Assembly (NCBI RefSeq): GCF_006345805.1
Contig: NC_043001.1
Location: 29,946,001 to 30,010,000, forward strand
Direction of reading: 5' to 3'
DNA: 64,000 nt
DNA from: Octopus sinensis
Taxonomy: Eukaryota
Shown here in pieces: positions 38,220-51,500 of the stretch. The translations under genes and the position numbers were made by a program. Each line of letters starts with the position of its first letter. The first letter of the stretch is position 1. Under the pieces are notes generated by a model. The model made no database searches and was not told the DNA's origin. It saw only the letters and a program-made list of their open reading frames with translations.

Positions 38220-41200
38220 GTATATATATGTGTGTGTGTGGGTGTATGCATATATATATGTGTGTGTGTGTGTCTAAGTTCGTCCCCCCCAACATCGCTT
38301 GACAACCGATGACGGTGTGTGTGTGTTTACGTCCCTGTATCTTAGTGGTTCGGCAAAAGAGACCGATAGAATAAGTACTAGGCTTACAAAGAATAAGTCC
38401 TGGGGTCGATTTGCTCGACTTAAAGCGGTGCTCCAGCATGGCCACAGTCAAATGACTGAAACAAGTAAAAGAGTAAAGAGTAAGAGTATGGAATTTTGAT
38501 AGAAGGTTTTTAATCTTGGTTGCTTTAAAATAGGAAATTTGTGTCATAGATCCAGGTGAGTATTAAGGGGATTGAGATCAAAAGGGTTAAAAACACTGAA
38601 AGAGTATCATTGTGTTATTGAGTGTATTTACATACTACCATAGTACCATTCTTTGAATGGTTCTGTTTTTGGATTAACAAATAGACCTACAGTTGCATAT
38701 AAATCATCATCATCATCATCGTTTGACGTCCCTTTTCCATGCTAGCATGGGTTGGACGGTTCGACCGGGGTCTGGGAAGCCAGAAGGCTACACCAGGCTC
38801 CAGTCTAATCTGGCAGTGTTTCTACAGCTGGATGCCCTTCCTAACGCCAACCACTCCATGAGTGTAGTGGGTGCTTTTTACGTGCCAGGCGAGGGTGGCA
38901 ACAGCCACAATCGGTTGGTGCTTTTTATGTGCCACCGACATGGAAGCCAGTCAAAGCGGTGCTGGCATCAGCCACATACGGATGGTGCTTTTTACGTGCC
39001 ACCGGCACAGGTGCCAGGGTAGGCTGGCAATGTCCACGATCAGTTGGTGCTTTTTATGTGCCACCGGCACGGAAGCCAGTCAAGGCAGCACTGGTTTTAT
39101 AATAATGACTATAATCAATATTAACATTCTTATCAGTTACCTACAAGGGAGTGTCTACACTGTCACTCAGCCAACCAGAAATAGCAGCCATATTTCCCTC
39201 AAATCACATTTTGTCCTCTTAAAAAAAGTAAGTTTACATTGGTTAGTGAAGTCCAAGATATAGAAAAAAAAACAGGATTATCATAGAAGCTAAAGATCAT
39301 CATCACTTCAAATAGCTACAGAGTGATTCCTTGATTTTGCATTAAAAATTAAACTCTACCACATGTATTGAGTACTCTTTTGCAGTTTAAAACGTGCATG
39401 TCTGTGTCTGTATATCAATGTAAATTCTGTTTTGTCACATTTGTTCAAATATAGGGAGTCTGAAAACTTACATGACCAACTGTACAGCTTACGTGGTTAT
39501 TTAGAAGCTCTCTCAAGCATCCTTAAAGAAATTGATTGTGTAAGTACTTCTATTCATCAAGTGTTTTTTGTTGCTATTGAGCATAAAAGCTTAAATATAA
39601 AATGCATAAAATACAACAACTTGTCATATATTTCTCTTTGATTTATTATTATTTTAATTTCAAAATAGAATATAATTATTTAATAAAGTTTTATTTTCAA
39701 ATTATTTCATTTGAACCTTTCTTATTTAATTGACATTGTAGTATTAGCAGTTTGATATTAATGAGTTCTGATTTTTTTCTGATTCAAGAATGATGATGAC
39801 AGACATTAAAACACCACACTAGGTGATGTGCTATCTCTAGATTTTAACTGCAATGTCTTGAGTTCAATCTTATTCCATACACATTTACCCTTTTCTTTTA
39901 ACTTTCTTAGAATTATTAGTAAAATCTATATAATAATTTGCTTGTTCATTCACATGTTATACTTTAGTTAGAGAGGTGGAGTAAAAGTGAGAGAGGTGGA
40001 GTGTGAGTAAAGAGGAAAGAAGTGGGAAGTAGAGAAAGATGTATAATAAGGTCAAATGCATCACGTGGTTAGTTGAAGGGAGAGGTGAAGAGCAAGGGAA
40101 AAAGAAGTAGAGGGATGTTAACGATATGGAAACGAGGGAAAGGAAAAGAGAAAGAGATATGTTTAGGATTCAGTATTTAGCAGAGGGTGATGTTCTGGTG
40201 GTGAGATTAAAGAAAAGCAGATAGAGAGATGGCCATGGGAGGTAATTACATTAAGAGTGAGAGAGAGAGAGAGAGAGAGAGGGTCAGAGAGCATTTGTAT
40301 TGTCAGAGTAGAGATATATTGACAGCAAGAAAAGGCATATATAAACAAACAGCTGAAATGAAATGAAATGAACTTTGTTATTGAAAACTATAGTGATGAT
40401 TATGGTGGTGGCACTGGTGGTGTGTTAAAGTGAAAAGATTTTTTTTTCTATATTGAACTAAATCTATAATACTATTGTTCTATCTGTTTGTTTATAATAA
40501 TAATAATGAAATTATTGTATACAGTGCTCAGGTGCACCACAACTTGTCAGAAGTGCGTATAAAGCTTATGCAGTAATGTACAAATGTCTGGAAAGTGAAC
40601 AGTGTATGAGTCAGATATATGCTTGCGTGTGTATGGAGGGGAGAAAATCAGGTGTAATGTTGACAAATCTCAGGAAGCATGGAAGTTTTGAAGGATGCAG
40701 TACTCCAACAACTAACAACTGATGCCGGCAGTTTGTTCCATACTTCAGCAATTCTTAGCGTGAAAAAATGTTTCCGAAAGTCATGGGAGCTGTGCTGTTT
40801 TCTGACTTTGTAAACATATCCACAGGTGTTTGACAAGTGGAGTTTGAAAAGGTGCTAAAAATTATTTTAGTAAGATGGTTAATAATTTTATGGGTGTCTG
40901 CCAAGTCAGCTGCCAGACATCGGAGTTTCAATGTATCTATGCCCAAGGAAGTAAGGCATTCAGAATATGGCAAATGCCTGATGAAGGGTATTCTCTTGGT
41001 TGTACGTTTCACATTTTACACTGCTAGGAGGAGGAGATGGAGTCAGAAGGAAGAAGAAGGAATGTGAGAGAGAGCAGATAGCCAGTTGATGCATTGTGCT
41101 GTCATCACTCATGTGGTTAGGAAAAGTGAAAGGTGAAGAGAAAAAGAGAAATACCAATGATTCTTTCTTTCTTAAATAGCTTCTCTTAATCTTTTTTGTT

Positions 41201-44200
41201 CTGTGGAATTTCCATTGGTCCCACTTATAAACATTAATAATATATATTTCTTTACTACCCACAAGGGGCTAAACACAGAAGGGACCAACAGGGAAGACAA
41301 ACGGATTAAGTTGATTACATCGACCCCAGTGCATAACTGGTACTTAATTTATCGACCTTGAAAGGATGAAAGGCAAAGTCGACCTCGGCGGAATTTGAAC
41401 TCAGAACGTAGTGGCAGACGAAATACCGCTAAGCATTTCGCCCAGCGTGCTAACGATTCTGCCAGCTCACCGCCTTAAAAAACATTAATAATATACTATT
41501 AATAAACATTAATGATATACTTAGGTTGGGTCCTGCACCCTTGTAAGCATTCATTTGCTGGTTTGAATCATTGGATAGTAGCCATACTGGAGCTTTTCTT
41601 TCCAGATTTTAGTTGAATATATTAATCCAGTGTGTGCGTGTGTGTGTTTTAAATGAAGCATCTTATTATATAAGTTACTCAGTGTCAGGTTCTAACATTG
41701 CAGATATCAGATGAATCTCTGAAAATTATTGAGTATTTGTTGGTTGCCATGATAGAGAACTTCCCACAGGTGTATTTCAAGTACCATTTCAAATGTGTGA
41801 AAGCAATTTTGAAAGTGTTGCTAGCTCTCTTGCCAAAGGAGACTCATCTTCGTGAAATTCTGAGAGAAACAGGTATGTTGTTTTTCTGTATTTCTTTTTA
41901 CCTAATGATTAGATACAACAAATGTAGTTTTGCCACAGGTTTATACTGATCAAGCAAACCTATAACCAAAGGCATTTCAGCCATGGCCACCCTGTCTTTT
42001 TTTAGAAGCATACCTTGGGCTACAATGCGTTCTTTCTTTATTGAAAGCAGTAGGGTGTGATTTGAGAGATTTGGCTGTTATTTCTAGTAGGTTGAGTGAT
42101 CACATAGAGACTCATTGTGAACATCTCAATATATTATTGAAATGAGAATTTTAAGAAAAAGAATTTTTGACTTATATTCTTAAACTAGCAGTATCGCCCA
42201 GCACTGCTCGGGTTTGTTTCAACCATTTAAAATTGGAATTTTTGAAAAGTAAATATTTTACATTATGTAGCTTGTTATTCTCTTTAAGCGAACATTTTTC
42301 TGGTTGAAATACACTGAAAAATGGCGACACAGCAGTCGAAAAATCATAAAAAATAGGGATTTTCATAGAAAAAAAGCACCTTTTTGATGTAAATAGTTTT
42401 TGGTGTTAACATGGTCCGATTTGAATTTTTTCTTCTACAGAATGAAGAGCAAGCCTTCTATCATACTCTCAATTTTGGTCAACTTGCGTTGCAGGGTCTC
42501 AGAGGAGATAGTGTTAGTTGAAGGCTACCAAACCTGCCATACACAGACAACTTCAGCTTTATATATAGAGAGATAGGGTAATCAAGACAATCTGTGTAAT
42601 ATGCCTTACTGAATTACATGCCAGATGGTAACTGAGCCAGTTCACTAATATCTTAACCACTCACCAATTATTTCTGTATAAATTTAGCATGAAATGTCAA
42701 GTGTTTTCCAAAATGATGAATTTTTCAAACTTTTTTTGAATTTGAATTACTTTTTGTTACTTTTAATTATCATCTTTGTTGTCATCATCATCATCATCAT
42801 TATTATATTTGGTCATTGCTGCTATTGCTCTACTCGAATTGACCCATCATCAAAGGCTTCTCAGGCATCACTTGTTTTGCTTTTTTGGACATAATTCATC
42901 TATGATCACAGTATACAATATTTCCTCCCTTTCCAAAGATAGTAATGTGACCAGGAGTCTTGTCTGTTATTTCTAGCAAATCAAGTGACCATGTAAAGGC
43001 TCCTTCATTAGCTTGTCAGCTTTTTCAGTTTAACATCCAGGCATAGGTTATATAGGTCTGTATTACTGCATATATCTATATACCTTATCCCTGTTTTACC
43101 AGTGAGACTCAATGTTCTCAAAAAAAATCTGCCTGTTTCCAAGTCTTGTAGTTAATTTCCATCTTCAACTTATTGCAATCATCTTATGTTATCCATCTGC
43201 ATTAGAAGCCTATGTTAACTTAGGACTCATCATCATCATCATCATTTAACGTCCACTTTCCATGCTATCATGGGTTGGACGATTTTGACTGAGTGCTGGT
43301 GAACCAGATGGCTGCACCAGGCTCCAATCTTGATCTGGCAGAGTTTCTACAGCTGGATGCCCTTCCTAACGCCAACCACTCCGAGAGTGTAGTGGGTGCA
43401 TTTAACATGCTACCGGCACAGGGCCGGTCAGGCGGTACTGGCAACGACCTCGCTCAAATCTTTTTGCACATCCCACTGGCACAGGTGCCAGTAATGATCA
43501 CGCTCAAATGGTGCCTTTTACGTGCCACCGGCACAGAAGCCAGTTAGCCGCTCTGGCAACGATCACACTCAGATGGTGCTCTTGGCACCCTACTAGCATG
43601 GGCACAAGTGCCAGTAATGCGACGCTGGTAACAATCACGCTCGAATGGTGCCTTTTATGTGCCACTGGCACAGAAGCCAGTTAGCCGCTCTGTCAACGAT
43701 CACACTCATACGGTGCTCTTTGCACCCTGCTAGCACAGATGCCAGCCATCGAATTTGATTTTGAAAAGTAATTCTTCACATACATTAGAACTCTCACAAG
43801 CAGATTCTCACAGCAAACACTATTACAAATCCAATCCTTTACATATCTAACTTTACTTCACATTTATTTCACAAAATCTGCTAAATACATGTGATCAATT
43901 AGATAAAGTATCTAAAGAAGAAAAAAGTCCAGAGAAAGTTGCCTATTTTATTTATCTCTGTAGGTGCAGTATGGCCAAATGGTTAAGATATTCCCTTCAT
44001 AGCTACAGGCAACATTCGAGTGTGATCATTACCAGCGTCACCATACTGGCACCCGAGCCTCTGCTACTAGGGTATTAAGAGCACCATCCGAGCATGATCG
44101 TTGCCAGAGCAGCTATCTGGCCTCCGTGCCGGTGGTACGTAAAAGACACCATTCAAACGTAATCGTTACCAGCATCGCCTTACTAGCACCTGTGCCGGTG

Positions 44201-47200
44201 ACATGTGTAAAAGATTCGAGCAAGGTCATTGCCAGCTGCAGAAACTATGCCAGATCAAGATTGGAGCCTGGTGCAGCCATCTGGTTCGCCAGCCCTCAGT
44301 CAAATCATCCAACCCATGCTAGCATGGAAAGCAGACGTTAAACGATGATGATGATGATGAAACCCATTGTGTGACATCTTGGGCAAATGCCATTTTCTAT
44401 AGTCTCAGGTTGACCCATACTTTGTGAGGGAAATCAGATAGACAAAAGTTAACTGTTGGATGGATTGTACCTGTAATTTAATGGTTCAGCTTTATCATAC
44501 TTTGTATCACATTGAATCTACCTGAGAACTACACACGTTAACTCAGGAGCAAGTAATTTGGTTGATCAAATTACTGAATCCATATTTTCAAATAATGGAG
44601 ATCCACCTATCATCATCATCCTTATTTAATGTCTGTTTTCGGTGCTGGCATAGGATGGATGGTTTGACAGGCAGCGAGCTGGCAGAAACTTTAGCACGAC
44701 GGGCGAAATGCTTAGCGGTATTTCATCTGCCATTACATTCTGAGTTCAAATTCCGCCGAGGTCGACTTTGCCTTTCATCCTTTCAGGGTCGATAAATTAA
44801 GTACCAGTTACACACTGGGGTCGATATAATCGACTTAATCCGTTTGTCTGTCCTTGTTTGTCCTCTCTGTGTTTAGCCCCTTGTGGGTAGTAAAGAAATA
44901 GGTTTGACAGGAGCTGGCCAGGAACCACACCAGGTTTCATTGTCTGTGTTAGCATGGTTTCTACTGCTGGAAACCTAACCCTAACCACCCCACAATGTGT
45001 ACTGGATGCTTTTTGCATGGCACTGGCAGTAGCGGCACCAGTGCTTTTATGTGCCATTAGAACAGGCACTTTTACAAGGCACCAGCATGAGCACTTTTGT
45101 GTGACACCCACACCATTGCTTTTACCTGGTACCAACAGAGGTGGTTTTACTTGGCACCAGCATGGGTGCTTTTACATGGTGCTGGCACCTACGAAGAGCA
45201 GCGGACTCACAGTCGAGGGATCATGGGTTCAAATCTCACCCTGGGCGATGTGTGTGTTTATGAGCGAAAACACCTAAGCTCCTCGTGGCTCCAGCAGAAG
45301 GTAATGGCAAACTTCTGCTGACTCTTTCGCCACAACTTTCTCTCACTCTTTCCTCCTGCATCTTGCAACTCATCTGCGACAGACCGGCGTCCCGTCCAGG
45401 TGGGGAACCTATACGCCAAGAAACAGGGAAACCAGCCCTTATGAGCCAGGCATGGCTCGAGAAGGAACAAACATTGTGAAAGACATATCAAAGTCAATTT
45501 TGTATTATTATTTTTTCATACATCAGCCACAAACCTTTTCTTGAAGTAATTAATTTATATTTTTTCCACTTTTTCCTTATTTTATTAGTGTATCAAGGTC
45601 TTCTAAGAATGAGTCATCTTGCCACTCCTTTGAAAGAAATGGAACAGCCTCCAGGAACTGGTACTTTCCGTGTGTGGAGTGTTAAAAAAGAAGTATCATA
45701 CAAGGATTATATATCTCTTTGGTCAAATCTACTCAAAAGTTCTTCTCTGAAGGTGAGATACAACGATACTTCCTTTGAATAATTCCTTTTGATATTTTTT
45801 AAATCACTTCCTTTTAATGCTTATTGGAGTGGAACTCAAGAACAATGTTTTTGTGGATGAAGTGGTGGCGGGGTGAGTATTGAATCAACCCGTAGTGTTT
45901 ATGTCATCAACATATTGACACCATAGAATGAAAAGGCAAAGCTAACCCTGACAGGAAATAAATTTCAGAATAAGGAACTGTTAAATCAGACACAGTAAAA
46001 ACATCTATTTCAGTATTTTACCATTTCAGAAACTGCCACTGTTCCTTTCTTATTAGTAGTAGTATTTTTCTATAGTGACTTAATTATACCGTAGGTAAAT
46101 TAAAAAAAGGAGTGGCTGTGTGGTAAGTAGCTTGCTAACCAACCACATGGTTCCGGGTTCAGTCCCACTGCGGGCATCTTGGGCAAGTGTCTTCTGCTAT
46201 AACCCCGGACCGACCAATGCCTTGTGAGTGGATTTGGTAGACGGAAACTGAAAGAAGCCTGTCGTATATATGTATATATATATATGTATGTGTGTGTTTG
46301 TGTTTGTTCCCCTAGCATTGCTTGACAACCGATGCTGGTGTGTTTACGTCCCTGTCACTTAGCAGTTCGGCAAAAAGAGACCGATAGAATAAGTACTGGG
46401 CTTACAAAAAGAATAAGTCCCGGGGTCGAGTTGCTCGACTAAAGGTGGTGCTCCAGCATGGCCGCAGTCAAATGACTGAAACAAGTAAAAGAGTAAAAGA
46501 GAGTATGTCTACATTTTCTCTTTGATGTTTTTAGAAGTTGTGTTGTCCATTAAAGGATAATGAATTCTATTGCTAATCATCCTTTCAAATGACATTTTCC
46601 GTCCACTGAATTTGATATATGAAAACTGTACTGAAGCCATAGGTGCAGGCATGGGTGTGTTGTAAGAAGTTTGCTTCCCAACCACATAGTTCCAGGTTCA
46701 CTCCTTCTGTGTCACACCTTGGGCAAGTGTCTTCTACTATAGGTTTGAACTAACCAAAGCCTTGTGAATGGATTTGGTAGACAGAAACTGAAAGAAGCCT
46801 GTCGTGTGTGTGTGTGTGTGTGTCTTTGTGCCTGTGTTTGTCCTCTGCCATTGCTTGACTACAGGTGTTTTTATGTTTTCATCTCTATGACTTAGTGGAT
46901 CAGCAACAGAGACCAATAGAATAAGTACTGGAGTCAATTAGTTTAACTAAAATTCCTCCTCAAATTTTAGTGCTCCAGTATGGTCGAGGTCTAATGACTG
47001 AAACAAGTAAGAAAAAATAGAAGAAAGTAAAAAAGATTATCGTGTGCAGGTGTTTATCTATTTGTCTTTGCATTGACATCACTTGGACAGCGGCAATGTT
47101 TGTTTATGCCCCTGTGAATAATATCTTCAACAGCTTAGAGCGGTGTTTCTCAACCTTTTTACCCTTATGTAACCCTTAAAATATATGTCTCAAGGAATCC

Positions 47201-48185
47201 TTGCACAAAAAAAATTATATACCATATCTTGCTCATATTTTTTTCATTGTAGTTCACATAGTAAATATCATATATAGTCGCCATGTTAGAGCGTTAGCCA
47301 CTACACACATTTTTTTCTCTCCTTGTTTTTTCTGTGTCCCTTTCTGTAGAAGAGCGTAGGCTTGAAACGTAAAAGACTTTTTCTATTCCTGAGCATTATA
47401 CTAATACATCTGTTTGTTTTGTACACCACCTGTCTTCGTCTCTTGTTTTTATTTGTAAACTCTCCCTATATATATATATATATATATATATCTCAGGGAC
47501 GAGCCACCCAGGTAGGCAAAGTAGACAGTGCCTACCTTGAATAAAATAGATCAATAACAACATCTTTTAATGGCAAAATATGCACCTAATTCAATAAAAT
47601 GATGAAGGTTACTTTGATTACTATGCATAAAATGCAAAATATTTTAGATTAAGTAAGCATAATTCACCCCTGCTTTTCAACTTCAGTATTTAAGCTTTGC
47701 ATAGTATTGCTGTAGTACACATGCTGCGTACATTCCTACAACAACATTTTCTTTACATGCTCTAAAGGCAAAGGTAAATCTGCCTTCAACTCAGTTGTGT
47801 GCCTGCACGTACCTGGTATATCTATTATATAAAATCCGTTCTGTCTGTCTGTGCGTGTGTCTTCTAGGATCTCGGGCATCCTCCATCCAATTGCGCTCAA
47901 ATTTGATATGTAGATACCGACGGTATCAGGACATATATAAGTCTTGAAAAAATTACAAAAATTGATTCCAGGTGAGAATGCAATTGATAAAGCCGTGGGA
48001 ACATGTATTTGTACGCACAAGTACATCAGTCAAAATCCATCTTTTGCTGGTGTCTCAAATTTAGGTTAAATCAGTGTTTCTCAAAGGGGAGGCCTATGGG
48101 ACGGTCAGACAAGTTGTTTTGAGAAAATTTGGTTTAAATGTTTGACAACTCAGCACCATCCATTGGACGGGGGGCGTTTTTCTCG

Positions 48186-48234
<49 letters not shown>

Positions 48235-48482
48235 AAACAAGTCAAGATAGAAAATGCTAAAATAATTTTATAAAGAACATTTCAGTACGGGTTTCAGTCA
48301 TTTTGAGACCTTTTCAACGGTAACGATTAAATAATTAAATTTAGAAAAATTAAAAGAAAAGTTTTTATAAAAGAATATTTGTATAATGTTCAAATATAAG
48401 TAGCATTTTCCTTGTTTTTGCCTTTCTCTGTCTCTCTTGTTTACACTTGTGGGTTCGAGGTCGTTGTGCACATATATATATA

Positions 48483-48563
<81 letters not shown>

Positions 48564-51500
48564 GGTGTCCATAAATTACAGACATCACTAAATATATCCC
48601 CAGTAGTTGTAATATTTTTTTTTGTAACATAATAGGTTCAATAGGGTGATGTCTGTATTACAATATTACAATAACCAAAATATGTCGTGCATGTATAGTA
48701 ACATTACGATCATGAAATTAGTATTAGCTTATTTCACTCTTTTTCACGGAACCCCTAGGGTTCCAGAAAACACCAGTTGAGAAACATTGGCTTAGAGGTT
48801 CAGCGTGCAAAGACCAGTGGAATAAAGAACTGTGCTAATAAACAAGTAAAGGTTGGCAACAGGAAGGGCATCCTGCTGTAAAATCTGCGTGTGTCATCCA
48901 ACTGATCTCAGCATAAGAAAAGGAGATATTAAAATGATATTGATGAAAATAACCTTGCTCTGGACATGTGACAAATAGGCCATATGAAAGCATCTTTTAT
49001 CTTTTACTTGTTTCAGTCATCTGACTGTGGCCATGCTGGGATTATGCCTTGAAGGGTTTTAGTTGAACATATTGACCCTAGGACTTATTTTCTGAAGCCT
49101 AGTACTTATTCTGTCTGTCTCTTTTACCAAACCACTAGGTTACAGGGACATAAACACACCAACACCAGTTGTCAAGCAGTGCCAGGGGTACAGATACAGA
49201 CACAAAGACATACACACATAGATATAGACATATATACATACATACATACACACACACACATACATGTACTTTATTAAAATAGCAGCAAAGATATCACAAA
49301 AACTATTACTCAGAGTTTCATGTTCCTATTCATGAGACAGTTTATATATATATATATAATATATATATATATATTCACACACACATATATATTTATATAT
49401 GTATATATAGCTTGCTTACAACCACATGGTCCAAGGTTCAGTCCCACTGCATAGTACCTTGGGCAAGTGTCTTCTACTATAGCCTCGTGCCAACCAAAGC
49501 TTTGTAAATGGATTTAGTAGATAGAAACTGAAAGAAGCCTGTTGTATATATATATATAAATATATCTATGTGTTTGTGTGTTTGTCCTTGCCAACATTGC
49601 TTGACAACCTGGTGTGTTTACATCCCTGTAACTTAGCAGTTTGGCCAAAGAGACTGATAGAATAAGTACTAGGCTTACAAAGAATAAGTCCTGGAGTCGA
49701 TTTGCTCGACTAAAGGCAGTGCTCCAGCATGGTTGCAGTCAAATGACTGAAACAAGTCAAACAATATATATATATAGATGGTATAAGTAAAATATTTATT
49801 AGGTACGACACATGTTTCGACTCATTCTGGGTCTCTTCAGGTACATCAGTGAAAAAAAAGTCTTACTAGAGATTTTCTGATTTGGTTTTGCATACTGCTA
49901 TATGTCCATCAACTTTGAGAATGAGTAAACAATGGAGAAAAATTGAAACGCAAAATATTCAAATATGAATGTGAAAATTATACATTCTAGTTTAGAGAAA
50001 ATGACATAATGAGCCTTCGATGTTGTAACTGTTAAGAGAGAGAAAAGGATGTAGAAGTTGAAAGGAATATAATACTTAGACAAAAATTTTTTTGTGTCTG
50101 TGCTTAGATGCACTTATGAAAAATAATAATGAAATTATTGTATACAGTGCTCAGGTGCACCACAACTTGTCAAAAGTGAGTATAAAGCATATGCAGTAAT
50201 GTACAAATGTCTGGAAAGTGAACAGTGTATGAGTCAGATACATGCTTGTGTGTGTATGGAGGGGAGGAAATCAGGTGTAGTGTTGGTGAATCTCAGGAAG
50301 CATGGAAGTTTTGAAGGATGCAGTGCTTCGACAACTAACAACTGATACCGGCAGTCTGTTCCATGCTTCAGCAACTCTTAGCGTGAAAAGATGTTTCCGA
50401 AAGTCATGGGAGCTGTGCTGTTTTCTGACTTTGTAAACATGTCCACGGGTGTTAGACAGGTGGAGTTTGAAAAGGTGCTCAGAGTTATTGTTAGTAAGAT
50501 GGTTAATAATTTTATGGGTGTCTGCCAAGTCAGCTGCCAGACGTCGGAGTTTCAATGTATCCATGCCCAGGGAAGTAAGGCGTTCAGAATCTGGCACATG
50601 CTTGATGGAGGGTATTCTCTTGGTTGCACATCACTGAACGGTTTCCAGATGATTAATATACTGGGCAAGATAGGGGTTCTGTAGAATTAATAAAAATAGG
50701 TAAAAAGGTAGGAACACGAAAGCAAGAGTACGGCAGATGCAAGCGTGACTGTATACTAAAACATTTTCCTTCCCAGCCACATAGTCCTGACTTTAGACTC
50801 AAAGTTTGGCACCCTGGGTGAGTGTCTTCTACTATAGCCCTAGGCCAGCCAAAGCCTTGTGAGTGGATTTGATCGACAGGAACTGAAAGAAGCCTGTTTT
50901 GTGAGTATGTGTGTGCGTGTCTGTCCTTTTGTCTTTGCATTGTATAATAGTTGTAAAATGATTTTCACTGTCATACAAGTAATGTCATTCATTTCCAATA
51001 TTCTGTGAGAACATTTCTGACCATAAGGAAATATTAGTTTACTTGGAAACAGATGAAAGAGTTGGTGACAAGAAGGACATGAAGCTATAGAAAATCTGTC
51101 TCAGTAAACTCTATCTGACTCATTCAAGAATGGAAAAGTTGACATTTAAATGATGATGATCATGAATTCATTAACCCTTTCATTACCGTATTAATTTTGT
51201 GATGCTCTGTGTTTCTTTCAATTACTTTAAATATAACAAAGGATTTAGTAAAATAACTTTATCATTCAGCTAGTGTTAGGAACATAAATTGTGATTAAGG
51301 TTTGGTGGAAGATTTTAATACAAAACTTATGAAAGCAAGACATTTATACTCAGAGCCAGAGCTGGTTTCAGCCGGGTTGGTAATGAAAGGGTTAAAGTAG
51401 GTAGCAATTTCTTTGTAATGTTTAATTTTGTTTCTTATTAGGAACTCTCCACCGTTGGCTATAGCTTCAGTGATCGTGAAAAACTTACACAGTTACTTTA

